Shown here in pieces: positions 1 to 12,444 of a stretch of 64,000 bases of DNA (positions are counted from its first letter, which is position 1; each line of letters starts with the position of its first letter). The translations under genes and the position numbers were made by a program. Under the pieces are notes generated by a model. The model had not been told where the DNA came from and did no database searches. It saw only the letters and a list, made by a program, of their open reading frames with translations. The DNA comes from Fistulifera solaris (taxonomy: Eukaryota): positions 620,001 to 684,000 of the forward strand of contig AP026129.1 in assembly GCA_030295235.1 (NCBI GenBank). Direction: 5' to 3'.

Positions 1-215
1 CGAAGGAAACTACCACGTCCTTGTCGCCGGTCGAAGCGAACTATCGTCAGGCGGCAGTGGTAGCCTGTGATGTATTGTATTATGGAAAAGCCAAGGGCCT
101 CTTCCAGTTGTGTCTGAGCTCGTATTTGAATGCGATGGACTTTTGTGACAAGAATGCGGAGAAAATTGAGAAACCCAAGGGATCAACCGGCTCGGGTCCT
201 TCTTCCATGTATTAG
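1..215 (+). CDS. 3' end of a hypothetical protein running in from the left edge
   Basis: Frame is open from base 3 (KETTTSLSPVEANYRQAAVVACDVLYYGKAKGLF...SSMY*) to TAG at 215, followed by AT-rich sequence. No family recognised. Confidence 0.5.
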   Translation, partial: KETTTSLSPVEANYRQAAVVACDVLYYGKAKGLFQLCLSSYLNAMDFCDKNAEKIEKPKGSTGSGPSSMY

Positions 216-322
216 ACTAATAAATAGATAGTGAGCGAAATCATTCAAAGAAGAATATCATAGATCGTGTCTTGCAACCTAAGTTAACGTGTCGTTATGT
301 TTACGGGCATAGGTGTCAACAA

Positions 323-925
323 TTAATGCTGTGGAGAACCATCTTCGTTTTCTCCAAGTGACATCATCCAATAAAGCCCTGCCGTCGCCGTCACTCCCAC
401 GCCAGCGACCCAAAACGAAAAACGCCGATTCTTTCTAACCGTTGCCATACGCTGTTGAAGTGATATGAGATGAGACAGTGCGCCGGCCGTTTGATGCATG
501 GTCTCAAGAGTCGTGTCGCGAATTTGCAGAATGCCCTCTTCTTGCTGGTTCACCACCGTTGCAAGATCTCTTTGGATTTCATTCATGTATCTCATAGAAT
601 GGTTGATTTCTCGGATATCCTGTTCTCGCTCTTGCAAGACAGCGTGCTGAAAATCCACTGCAGTGAGACCGCGCTGTTCTTCAATTTCCACCACAAAGTC
701 GTCGTTCACTTTGTACTCTTCGCCATCGTAAAGAGACGCGTTGGCAAAGAGTAAATCGTCACTGCGGTACGTGATACACAAAGGGATGCCTTCTTCCACG
801 TCTTCTTCTTCTTCGACCACTCGCGTTTGTGGCAGTCGGAGTGCTTTCCTCCAGTTCCATTTCTTTTTCGTCGGTGAGTCGAGGAATGGTCGATTTGCGG
901 CAAGATCAAAGGCGCTTTCATCCAT
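323..925 (-). CDS. Syntaxin-like t-SNARE (Qa, PEP12/STX7/12-like SNARE motif, C-terminal TM anchor)
   Basis: LQEREQDIREINHSMRYMNEIQRDLATVVNQQEEGILQI is a typical syntaxin SNARE coil with the layer-0 Gln, followed by basic RKNRR and a hydrophobic tail FSFWVAGVGVTATAGLYWMM. Confidence 0.8.
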   Translation of the reverse strand: MDESAFDLAANRPFLDSPTKKKWNWRKALRLPQTRVVEEEEDVEEGIPLCITYRSDDLLFANASLYDGEEYKVNDDFVVEIEEQRGLTAVDFQHAVLQEREQDIREINHSMRYMNEIQRDLATVVNQQEEGILQIRDTTLETMHQTAGALSHLISLQQRMATVRKNRRFSFWVAGVGVTATAGLYWMMSLGENEDGSPQH

Positions 926-2040
926 GATGCTTGAATTGTTCTTTTTTTATTGTTGGAATGGTTCGTTTTTGTGATAATTTCTGCTTTGTGAGACGACGAC
1001 GAAGAAGAAGAAGAAAGCTCGTGTGATGCCGACGGGAGGGTTTGGTCCCGAATCATATCAGCCACGTCGTGCGTGACAACTGTGTTGAGTGGGCCGTACC
1101 GGTACTCGATTTCAAGTTGACCTTCAACCAAAAGCAAAAAAGTGTGAATCAAATGAAAGATGGGAGTCCACGGTGGGAATTTATTCATTCATTCACAGAA
1201 TATTATTTGTTCTTCACTCTCGATAGACAACATGATTGGAGAAATAGTATTCTGACGTGTTGAACATCAACAGAAGTGCGAGAGATCGAAGGAGGCGTGT
1301 TTAACTGAAATAGGAGCGCTTCTTACGTCAAAAGTCATATCTCTCGTTGTTTCGAAAAAAAAGAAAACCATATACAAATATTGCAAGACACTTTGTTACA
1401 AAGCCTGCGAGGTCTCTACCAGGCATCGTACAAGAAGAGTTTCATTATTGTTCCAAAATAATCTCGGCCATGTTGATGTTGCGTCGAAACAAAATCGAAT
1501 TCCCTGTTCTGAAACCCGATCTCTTCATGGTGATGTCGATCATAGTGTCTCAGATATCTTCTGGGAAGCGAGTAGTCATTGGACGGCTATCTTATCTGCC
1601 ACGATGCTGCCCGTCGCATTGATGGATGCGGTCACGACAGGATGACCAATTTTCTTTTCTTTCGGCGGAATGTGCAATCTTGTAAAGAGATCCGTTTCAC
1701 GATTCACTGTCGTACCGAAGCACTGAGTTTTAAGTAAAAATAAATTGCGGATTTATCTCCTGAATTTGAAAACCAGTGCTATTATATTGTTCCGTTGAAG
1801 TACTGCTGAACGTATAATGCACCGTCATACAGTCATGTTTATACATTTCGCGGTTTCGCGCAAAAAGAGGCGGCGGAGTCATGAAGACGAACGGATGACA
1901 ACCAAAACGACACTTGATGGTCGAAGACAAAGCCGTCGCAATTGTCACTATCATTACCTCTGATTGATATCCGCGGTCCTGCCTAGCCTGTCTCATCTTT
2001 CATATCTTATTTCTACCCGTCGTAATACCAACGCAAAGCC

Positions 2041-3634
2041 ATGTCATTAAGACCAGGTCGAGGACAAGGATACCCTCCACCGCCGCCGAGAACTAATTCC
2101 GGTCAATCGCCAGCCTACGGATCGACCTCGCCACCAGCAACAGCTGCGACGTCTCCATCTTCCGGAGGAGGGCACGTTTACGCGGGTTATTCACAACCAT
2201 CGTATTATGGCGGTTATTCCTACAACGGCGGTTCGTACGGTGCGAACAGCAACACGGCGTACGCGTCATCGGCGACCATTCCTCCAGCGTACGGATACTC
2301 GAGCTCGACAGCGTACGGTGGGTATTCCGCACCCGCCGCCGCACCCATTGTGGCTGCACAAGCGCCTACGAAGAGTCTCAGTAAGCGGCGAGGAGCTGGA
2401 GGGCGTACCAGTTCGGGCAATGGGGGAGGTTTCGCTGTTTTGCAGCAGGCGTGGGTGTGGGCAACCTTGCTATCCGTATTTCTAGGCGGAATGTGTATTC
2501 GATATAGGACACAAGTGGGTCGACTCTGCGATGAACTAGAGGTCGATTCAATCGATATGGCCATGTCGAGGATAACGTCCATTATTTCCAGCGAACGGAA
2601 GGTATCCGCGAATGTACAAACGATAAAGGATTCATTGAGAATTGCGAATGAGCACAAAATCGCTTTAGAGAGGGACAACCGAAAGCTGCAAAGTGAATTG
2701 AAGGAAATCAAAGATCATTACGAAAGCCCCGAGGCGCACGAAGAGCTGGATCGAATTATAGCTCGAGAAGAAGGATGGATCAAACATGTCGAGGTTTTAC
2801 AAAAACGAACTCAACGAGAGTCAGCTCGGAGTGTGCAAGAAAAGTACGTATCGCTGTAGATCTTTGCCTCGCTTGTTCACACTGAGGGCTGACATTATTT
2901 TGAATCATAGGTTTGGGCACGGTCCCTACCAGGTGGAGTTCGGAGTATTACTGCCGGGTCAAGTCGACGAGAACTATTTTGTGATCGAACTAGCTCCACT
3001 TTCGGTTATGCCCCACGCTACACATATCTTTTTAGAGCAGGTATCACACGGACTATGGGACAAGGCGTGGTTTTATATCAATGGTCCGCATATTATGCAA
3101 GTCGGACCACAACCCGACGGAATGACGGAAGAGATGCCTTTGGAAGAATTGAGAGAATTGGCTCTGCGTCCATTCAAAGAGAAGGCGTTAGAATCTTTGG
3201 CGTTCCCTGAATATTCGGATGATTATGCACACGAACCGTGGACGCTTGGATTCACTGGTAGACCAGGTGGACCCGACTTTTACATTAACAAGGTGGATAA
3301 TAGCGAAGCACATGGACCTGGTGGCCAATATCAACACGACTTGGAAGAGTTTGCTGATCCATGTTTTGGCAAAGTCATTAAAGGATTTGATACGCTGGAA
3401 AATATTGCGAAAACGCAGACAATTCTCGCTGGTGAATATCAGTACTTTTTCGAGTTTCCTGTACAGATCGTGCGTGCTACCATTTTAGAAAGACCCATTC
3501 CTGCTGACATGGAGCGATTCAAAGGAAAGGAAGCTGGGTTCGGTGATATCCAGCTTGTTGGAGATGCAGCTGATCCTTCGAAGAAACCTAAACGACTCCA
3601 TAAACCTGTGTTCGATCATCAAGTAGAGCCATAG
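2041..3634 (+). CDS. Membrane-anchored cyclophilin-like domain protein with Y/G/S-rich N-terminus and coiled coil; intron 2844-2910
   Basis: GTACGT...CATAG intron joins QEK to FGHGPYQVEF in frame. Exon 2 has cyclophilin-fold-like motifs HEPWTLGFTGRPGGPDFYINKVDN and DPCFGKVIKGFD. Exon 1 has TM AWVWATLLSVFLGGMCI and a heptad-rich coil. Confidence 0.75.
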
Positions 3635-3816
3635 TTGGATTTTTGTGAAGCAGTATTTTTGCCGCTTTGCTCACTGGCGACACTTCGCTTTGCCTTTCAA
3701 GCATTTAAGGTAACAATTAATTATTGCTATTACTTCGTGTAGACAAAATATGCGTAGGCAACGATAGTGCGCTTGACATCAAATTAAAGCTTTTACTTTT
3801 AAGTTTTAAAAGAACG

Positions 3817-6800
3817 CTATGCGGGCCGAATAAAAACCATTTTTCTGTATTGCTGATCTTGCTTTGCCCCAATAAGCCGTGAAACTTCGCTGGCAAGCAT
3901 GAATGAGACATCTTGGCCGTCAATAGACACCAGAATGTCGCCTATGTTCACCTGGTCAAAAACGACACTGCTTTCTCGGATCGACTTGACCACAGGCGAA
4001 CCATCTCCATTTGTTTCCAAGACCAAACCAAGAAATCCGCTTGGCGCCATGATTTCCCATTTTTCACTGATGGCATACTGCGCATTCAATGTGACATCGT
4101 CGGCATCAGCGATTAACACGGGGAGGTACATCGTGAAGATGTTTCATATGAATGAGATACTATGGAGGCTTCCGGTCGCTCGAGGTACGCTTCTCGAAAG
4201 TCATAATCGATGCTACGCGGTTCTAAAGTAGCGATATCTGCCAAAGAGGCCGAAACTCCTGGGGGTATTGGGTCACCTAAGCTGCTCATATCTTGCACGG
4301 TCTGTAGTCCGATTTCAGACATGTAGTCATGAGCCTCATATGCAGGCTTGGGGAAAGAGCCGTTATTTTCTTCTTCGTTCATCTGCTCCGCTAATTGAGC
4401 TTGTTTGCGGCGATTTCGCGATACAGAAAATACGAGAGTTCCGGCTAGAAGCGCAATAGCAGCAATTCCAACCAAAATGCCCACAATCACGCTTTCTGAA
4501 CTTTTCGTCCCTCCATCTGCTAAGGCAAGCTCTGTGGGAAGAATAATTTCAACGGAAGTAACTTGATCCAATTCTGGACAAGGAGTGCTTCGCAAGAAGC
4601 GGACAAAGGCGTCCTTTTCGTCTTGAGAATCAAAAGGACCGCCGATGTACCTTCGCATGTCATGTACTGTCAGAAAAGACCTAATTTCAATCAATACATC
4701 GAACGTATACTTTATTGCCAAGTTCTCGATGCTCAGTTCCTTCGTGGTGTTTTGAATATAGACGTCAAGAGTTTCGATCGTCTGTACCACCTCTTCGACT
4801 TCCTTCCTCACGCTGTTAGCCACAAACTCTTCCACTGGCCGGACGCAGAGTGCCCTGTACGGTACTTCTTCCTCTTGTAACCTCCGAGAATCAAACTTTG
4901 CCAGTACGACGATCCTTTCCGACAACAGGCTCATCTTTTCGTATAAAAATGACGGAGTGGGAACAGCAGACGGCGCAATGCTGGAAGTGGGTTGGAAGGA
5001 TACAGATGGTAACCCAGAAGGAGCAACGCTCGGTACTAACGATGGTACGGGTGATGGGCCTATCGTAGCGTTAAAGCTGGGTGGTAGCGGTGGGGAGACT
5101 ATTGGTTTGGCTTGTGTCACTGGTTGAACAGCTGGGCGGCGTGTAGGGGAATTATTCGCCACTGGAGCAGTAGGGCGATTTGCGGGTGGCGCAACAGGTC
5201 TATTTACGGGTGCCCTGGTACGCACCACGGTAGGGCGCGGAGGGGGATCTTTTGTTGGCACAGACACCGGAGGATCTCTTGTTGGCACAGATACTGGGGG
5301 ATCTTTTGTGGGCATAGACACTGGAGGATCTCTCGTTGGCGTAGGTACCGGAGGATCTCTTGTGGGCAAAGCCACAGGAGACGGATCATCGTCTAAGAGA
5401 GAAAGAAAAAATACGTGAGCGATATATTTGAGAAATCGTCTTTTCACGTATAGGGCCTTACCATTTGGAATGGACCGAGAGGGTGAGAGCGTCAGCGCAA
5501 TTACTGGGGCCGGTGTGTCCGGGACTGGTGTTTCTGGAATATTTTGGCTTGCTGTAGGCGATGCCGTCGGATTTTCGACTGGCTGTGCAACTGGGATCGG
5601 AGTCGGCTTTGACACTGGAGCTTTTGTAGGCGAAGGATTCACAAAACCATCGTCATCTACATCTGGTGCAACATAGTCATCTTCGTCATCTTCATCTGTT
5701 GGCATGTCGTCATCATCTCCATTTGTGGGGACTTCGCCTTCCGAAGTCGGACTATCTGCTGGCGGAACAGATGGCATGGCCTCCGGCAACAGCTGCACAG
5801 GGGCGCTGGTTTTCTCATTTGCCGTCTCACCTGATGGTGTTTCAATTGTATTCTCTGCGGTTGGTTTAGCTAAGGGAGGAGCAACGGGGCTCGCGATGGG
5901 ACTTTGCAAAGATGGTTGCGCTATGTCACTCGTAGGCGTTTCGTTTGTTCTCTCGGGCGTTAAATAAATTATAGGAGATGCATTAGGGCTCGGAGTTCGG
6001 ATAATTGTCGGAACGAGCACCGTAACAGGAGCCGTCGGGGTCTCATGTGAAGGCGTTTCGTGTGCTGTAGTTTCGAATGTTGCTCTTTGAGATGGTGCAC
6101 CGGTCGACACAATGTCCCCAATTGGTGCAGGTGTGGGGTATTGCTGTGGTGGTGTCACTGGAGAGAGAGTAGGTGGAGAGATAGGGGCAAAAGTAGGCAG
6201 ATGAGAAGGTGTTTGAGAAGGATTGAGAGATGACACAGGACTTGTCGAGGGAATTTGCGTTGGTTTCACAGAGGTGGACGAATATTCCGTTCCCACAAGA
6301 GAGGGCGGTAAACTTTTTTCCTCGGAGATAGTCGATGTTGGTGGAACCAAAGGTGCGCTGGACAATTGAATTGGTGGTATTATCGACGGCGCATCCGTTG
6401 CGGTAAGCACCGGTGCAAGAGTAAACACATCTATAGGTGGCGATACCGACGGCGCCTCCGTTAAGGTACGCACCGGTGTAAGAGTCAACACAGTAGAACG
6501 CGAGGGGGAAGGTTTGCTGGTTGCTACTATCATCGGTGCAACAGCCAGGGGAATGGAAGGTGCAGGCGTTATATCATCCATTGCCGCGACCACGGGTGCA
6601 TTTGTTGTAATGATGTCGGACACAGGAGAAGGATATGGTGCCGGCGAGATCGAAACAACTAGCGATTTTGCAATTGAAGTAGTCTTACCAGTACCAGATC
6701 GAGACCAGCTCAATGTCGGCGAAGCAGTGATAGTTGGAGTTCCTGACGCCGACTTGGATGGTGCCGGAGAAAGAGAGGGAGCCGCTGATGGATCAAGAGA

Positions 6801-7637
6801 CACCGATGGTGCCGAGGAGACGGTGGGAACCGTAGACGGATTCGCAGAAACGGATAGTGCAGACGACACTGTTGGGCTGCTTGATAACGTAGAGTGCGAA
6901 GAAAGAGATTTCACTTCGGGTGGCTTGTTGACTGCAGTTTTTGTGGGGGATGAAGGCAAAGTCGGCTTAACATCGGAAAGTTCAGTCGGCGGTGGCGGAA
7001 TCGGGGGCGAAAGGGCAGTATTCAGCTCGAGGCTTTTAAGATTTCGCGAAAAGACGAGTACTTTCCCTTCCTCTCCTCCGGTCAAAATGGTGCGCGCACC
7101 TATTAGTACTGTAATCAAAATTAACGTGAAAACAGGGATGAAAGGCAACATGCGCTTTGAGTTCCGTTTGAAATGGAAAACAGCTTGATCGCTCTGGCTA
7201 GCGTCGACTGGTTTCGCGTGGAATTCGACAGAGCGATGAGTAATTAATACATCATCGTCATGCCCCTTTGTCAATACTCCTTTTCCTGCCTTCGTTTCCG
7301 CCTCCATGGTCATCTGAACATCAAAACTGTCAGCCGCATCCATCAGTTCTTGCTGTCTCCAATTCCTACCGCGGCACTTCCTAGATTTTGGCGTCGTTTG
7401 CGAATCCTTCATGTGAAAGATTCTATCTGCTTCTTCTTCTTCCGTCACCTCCGCGTAAGACCTTGCGGGCTTGTTGTATCGTGTGCACGCGTTCAAAAAT
7501 GAGGGGACTTCCGAGACATCCCCAATCCGCGTGTAACCAATTAGGTCAACATTTGTTTCGTACTTATTACTTTCACGAGTTGAGACCTTATTTTTACTAG
7601 GAGATGGTCCCTGCGTTTTCCATCTAATTAAACGCAT
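3817..7637 (-). CDS. Mucin-like Pro/Ser/Thr-rich membrane protein with C-terminal PDZ domain; likely intron 5393-5461; frameshift near 4120
   Basis: Two TM segments flank about 700 aa of P/S/T-rich sequence. One extra C in the run at 4120-4123 joins ...SRCTSP to VLIADADD...APSGFLGLVLETNGDGSPVVKSIRESSVVFDQVNIGDILVSIDG, which is a PDZ fold. GTAAG...polypyrimidine-TAG intron is 69 nt. Confidence 0.75.
5241..5366 (-). repeat. Coding 27-nt tandem repeat (about 4.7 copies) encoding PT[RK]DPPVxx
   Basis: PTRDPPVPT-PTRDPPVSM-PTKDPPVSV-PTRDPPVSV-PTKDPP is visible in the translation and as a recurring (gg)a/gggatct block in the DNA. Confidence 0.9.
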
Positions 7638-7808
7638 AGAAATAGGATCAGAAACGTCTAGTTAACGTTCCTTATGTATACCATAGACTCTCATACAATT
7701 CCCCCCTGTCCAACATTGGGAGTCACGCGTCCTCTCCCATTCAATTTCCGATCGTGGATTGTCTTGCCATCAGCCGCTACAACCTTCAGTTGTCGTCACA
7801 GTGTCCAA

Positions 7809-7850
7809 TACCAGGTACCGGTACCGGTACCGTACCGGTACTGGTACCAG
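7809..7850. repeat. Palindromic (GGTACC)-like microsatellite between divergent genes
   Basis: taccaggtaccggtaccggtaccgtaccggtactggtaccag read directly. Confidence 0.9.
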
Positions 7851-8269
7851 TGTTTTTACGTTTTACACGACAGCTCTTTTTTTACACTATAGGTCCTTGG
7901 TACACATCCACTGGCTGTGCCGAATAGCCACTAACCATTAATTGCAACATCAAGTGGGCGAAGATTTTGCCGAGGATTTTGGGATCTTTCCATCATTCCG
8001 AAAGATCGCACACAGATCTTTTGTCGGAGGCCTTTCTCGATTCTAATTACGCATTAAAGGCAATCAACCGGTGATTCAAAACTACTAAAGAAAGGCTTTG
8101 TCTCGCCGGGAGAACAATTATAAGTAAAGCGCCGCGGACTCCTCTTCAAGCAAACAACTCGTAAACGAGGCAACCAACCAATCTATCGACTTTGGTGTAT
8201 ATGATTCCTCGCCAACGTACGGAGTCCATTTGATTGGATGATTCTTGTTCACAATCAATACCAGTTGAC

Positions 8270-10214
8270 ATGGAAACCTCAAATCAACAAGATGGCTCTG
8301 ATTCAGATCCTTCGAAGGGTAAAAATCCTTTCTCTTCCATTTCCGACCCCACAAGTTTGCATCCCAGACCCAATGTCTCCCCGTATGATTCAATCGATCA
8401 ATCTGTTGCCTCAGGCAACACACAACACCCCAAACGACAAAAAGTAGGGGATCCGGAATCGCAACTAAAAACTCCTGACACTGCGTCTGAAATCGGGCAT
8501 TCTTTACTAAAAGAGGGCCGGTTAACTCACGAAGATGCTTTACACAACACTTCTGTATCATCTGAATTGAGTCCAGCATCCGCTGTCACAGACGTTCATT
8601 CCAATCGCGGTAGAATGTCGTCTCCGGTCGGTAGAAGATATGATCCGGAAGTTCCGCGCGCTCCACCTTCGACCCCGGCAAGTCAATCCAATTTGGTGAC
8701 ATTCGATGGAAGTGCTACCCCTCTGCCGATACGAGCAGAAGTCATTAACTCTTCCAAACTGTTACAGCAACAGATGTTCCCGGAATGTGCTGAGACACCC
8801 GCCCCAACGCGTACCAGTGAAACCACGACGCTTACCGCCGCTATGCCGGAAGACTTTTCCGAATGGGCGGTGGGAGATCGTTATCAAATGATGCGATTAC
8901 TAGGTAGAGGGTCCTATGGAGAGGTAGCTCAGGCACTCGACTTATCAACAGGCAAACCGGATGCCTTTGTTGCTATTAAGCGTATACGCTCCCCATTTGA
9001 CCAGGAGATCGATGCAATACGACTGTACCGTGAGCTGCACATACTGAGACATATGCGGGGGCACCAGTGCATTATTCAACTATTGGACGTGGTGCAACCG
9101 CCGACTGACGATATCGACGATTTTCATGATGTTTATCTTGTCTTCGAATATGTTGATACTGATTTGTGGAAGCTTATCATGTCTCCTCAATATCTGACTA
9201 CCGAACACATTCAAGCTTTTCTGTATCAGATGCTGGTGGCATTAAAATACATCCATTCTTTCTCCGTTATTCACCGTGATTTGAAGCCTGGTACGTATAT
9301 TGTTAAAGATGCTGTGCTCTACATAACAAATCAAATTAATGCGTTTACACTACACCGCAGCGAACATTTTGCTAAACGAAGACTGTTCTCTGAAAATCTG
9401 CGATTTTGGACTAGCGCGTATGGTTAGTTCAGAACATAAGCCCAGCGCCGCTACGGACAGAACAAGTAATGAACCCGAAACGTCTACCCTACCGCCGCTG
9501 TTTTCAGTAAGTTCTTTGCATGGCTTTGGTCGTGTGACTTCAACGTGATGTTTCTAATGTTTGACTGATGCAGAAACTCCCATTGACACGGCAGCTGACC
9601 AAGCATGTTGTCACTCGATGGTATCGCGCTCCTGAATTGATATTGGTGCAACCATATACATCGGCGGTCGACGTATGGAGTGTAGGTTGTATACTCGCTG
9701 AACTATTGAGTATGCAAGACGGAAACGTTCCCTCGTATGAAAATAGGGAGCCATTATTTCCTGGTGGCGCCTGCTACCCGCTCTCTGGCGATGGTGCGGC
9801 GTTAAAAACAGATGAGCGAATAGACCAGCTGAGTACGATCTTTGACGTCATCGGCTCCCCGTCGGAAGAAGATCTTCGATCTATCGGCAATGCGAGTGAA
9901 TATGTTACTTCACTCGGAAAAAGGAAGGCAAACCTTTCGAGAAGATATTTCCAGCGTCTTCGCCTAAGGCTATCGATCTTTTAAGGAAAATGCTTCAGTT
10001 CAATCCAACCCGACGAATAACGGCACATGATGCCTTGGAGCACGAATTCTTTCAGGGTATTCGGCAAGCTCATTTAGAGATGGAAGCTACAAGCGAAATC
10101 CGAGGACCAGATTTCATGGAATCAAATAACGTTGATCTCGCCCTACTTAAACGGGCAATATTTGAGGAGGCGCGGTATTACGCTTCACCTAAAGAGCGAC
10201 CGTTAAATTCATAG
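8270..10214 (+). CDS. Atypical MAP kinase (CMGC) with TKH activation loop; introns 9291-9360 and 9507-9573; frameshift near 9920
   Basis: Motifs [75 protein letters not shown]. One more A in the A5 run at 9918-9922 restores [27 protein letters not shown]. Confidence 0.9.
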
Positions 10215-10274
10215 TCATAAATTCTACTGGCCATGGTAGACAGAGGAATGTGTAATCTACTAAAGGTCCCAAGG

Positions 10275-12444
10275 TCACACATTATTTCGCAATACATATT
10301 TCGCTAGTATCTCACCGTCAGGATGTTCACGTGCTATGTGCAAGCCAAGAAGATAAGCTTTTCTCCCCTCCAACTCTGATTCTTTGGTGCTGTTCTCAAG
10401 TAACCTCTGAATCTCTTTGCTCAGAAATTGTTCTTGCACAACAAAAACTTGTTGGTTTTTGGCGTACCTACATACCGCATTTTGCTTAACGACGCTATTA
10501 ACTCCAGAGGATGATGCAAACATAATTTGGCCAGACTCGATATCCTCGCAACCCGAATTGCTGAGTAATTCAATGACCTTTGACACAATATTTTCTTCTT
10601 CCCCTTTGTTAGGTGGTCGAGATGTCGCAAAGAACCATTTATCGTGCGTCTTCTGGATATCCAAGTGGCCACCGCGTCGCAGGACTCGAAGAAGACGTGA
10701 CGGTACAATTACCGGTTGTCGTCCCGGAAGCATAGATGTGGCCCAATCAAACTCGTGTTCTAAACAAGGAAAGGCATTCTTCCCATACTCAGCATTAAAT
10801 CGAGTTGCCAGTGCTTTCGCTGCGATGCCCACACGATCGAACTCAGGAGCAGCAAGTACTTGAGACTCTAAGCAGTCGAAGTCAGTGTTCACATCATCGT
10901 CATAGGCGCCTTCGCTATCATCTTCATTTTTGTTTTCCGTGTCGTACCCCAGTAACATCCTGTACATGAGTCGCTTGGCTAAATTTAGAGGCATTAACTT
11001 GGCATCAACTAGAATTTCGTGCCAAAGTTGCGCGTACGCAGCTCTCATTTCATCAAAATCCACAATTTGACCGTTCCAGACAGGAATGGAATGTAAATTC
11101 ATTCCAAAGAGTGCAACGCCACTCGATCCAATGCGTGGGTCTTTACCCCAGTGAGTAACATAACGCCCATTGACAAAAACACGACCCGCGTAGGAAGCAT
11201 CAAGTAAAAGAGTATGACCAGACGGCGTGGCTGACACCATCGTTGGTGAGTTTGGGTTTAGCTGTAGAAAGGAGGCCATGATAACGTCAGCCATAACGTC
11301 AAATCTTGGCAAGTCCTGGAGAGGAACTCGCAACTTGCCCTCAAGTGTTAAATGCATCCTGTTGATTGCGTATGTTCGCTTCCTACGTTTCGTCGGCCGT
11401 GACTCCCCACCACTAGGACTAGAATCTTTCTCTTCATTTGCTGTGTCTTTCTCTAGATCCGTAGACGGTGTTCCTTTTGGCCCCTCTTCGTCGATTAACT
11501 CCGTGTCCGAGGGTTGTGCCATATCATGGTTGACGACGGTCACGCAGAGACTCTTCGCAAACGGATCCCCCACTCGGCTACTCGAAAGCTGTGGCACCAT
11601 CCCATCGTGTAGTGTCGAGTCCATCAAATCAAATTTGTATTTCTTTCCTCGGACCGAATACACTTCCAATACGTACTTCGCACACGTGTCGTACAAACTC
11701 GCCAACGCACCGTACTTGACATCATCATCGACACTACCGCCAAAGCTGAGCATGGAAAGTTCTTCCGCCAGCACCGCCTCTTGCTTGCCGGTCGGTGGCA
11801 CGCTCCGATATTCCGTCACAAATTTGTACATGACACAAGGCGGCATTTCTTCGGTATCGATCCCCTCTAATTCCGCCGGCGTGAGGGGCTCTTGGCTCGC
11901 ATAGAGTAAACTGATGCGACCTAGCACCCCCGGCTGACTCGTCCAGCCATCGTGTTCGTTCCTTTCGAGCTCTTCATCGGCTGACATGCCCTGTGGCAGA
12001 GTCGATTTGAGATAAATCCAGGCGTTTCTGGAGTACTGTTGCTTGAAAGATAGCTTTTGTAATGACAAAGGAAGATCGTTGGGGTTTGAGTCACCTTCTA
12101 CTGGTATCCTTTAATATTTGAAGGCGAAAGAAAGCGCAATAAAAGAAAATGAGTCGAAAAAAAATCGAGATTGCATCGGCAGATTTTGTCACGAAGACAG
12201 ATGTATGAGCGTACCACGCAAACTTGGAAGTCGTCAAGTCTCCGAAAGACCATTGATGCGGCGGGTACACAATTCGTGCATAATTTACACAGGAAAGCAG
12301 CATATGCGAAATGACTTGTCGCATTCCATCCACGACACCATCTTGAAGCGGAATATTCATGTGCGCCATGCTGCTCAAGGAGAGCGGCACCGCCTCGGTA
12401 AACGTCTCATAGCGTTGTGAACCAATGCTTGCAGAGCGCTCCAT
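10275..12444 (-). CDS. Hypothetical protein of about 690 aa; intron 12109-12214
   Basis: Exon 1 (MERSASIGSQRYETF...SKFAW) is spliced via GTACGC...AAAG in frame to IPVEGDSNPNDLPLSLQKL and the 597-aa ORF. Contains NLS-like RPTKRRKR. Confidence 0.75.

Noticed and set aside
1347..1645. Short ORFs between the syntaxin and cyclophilin-like genes
   Set aside because: No ATG-initiated coherent model or recognisable motif, so a gene cannot be supported.
6514..7188. Long antisense ORFs (also 11227-11904, 34571-35458, 37395-38270)
   Set aside because: These are shadow frames of real genes on the opposite strand.
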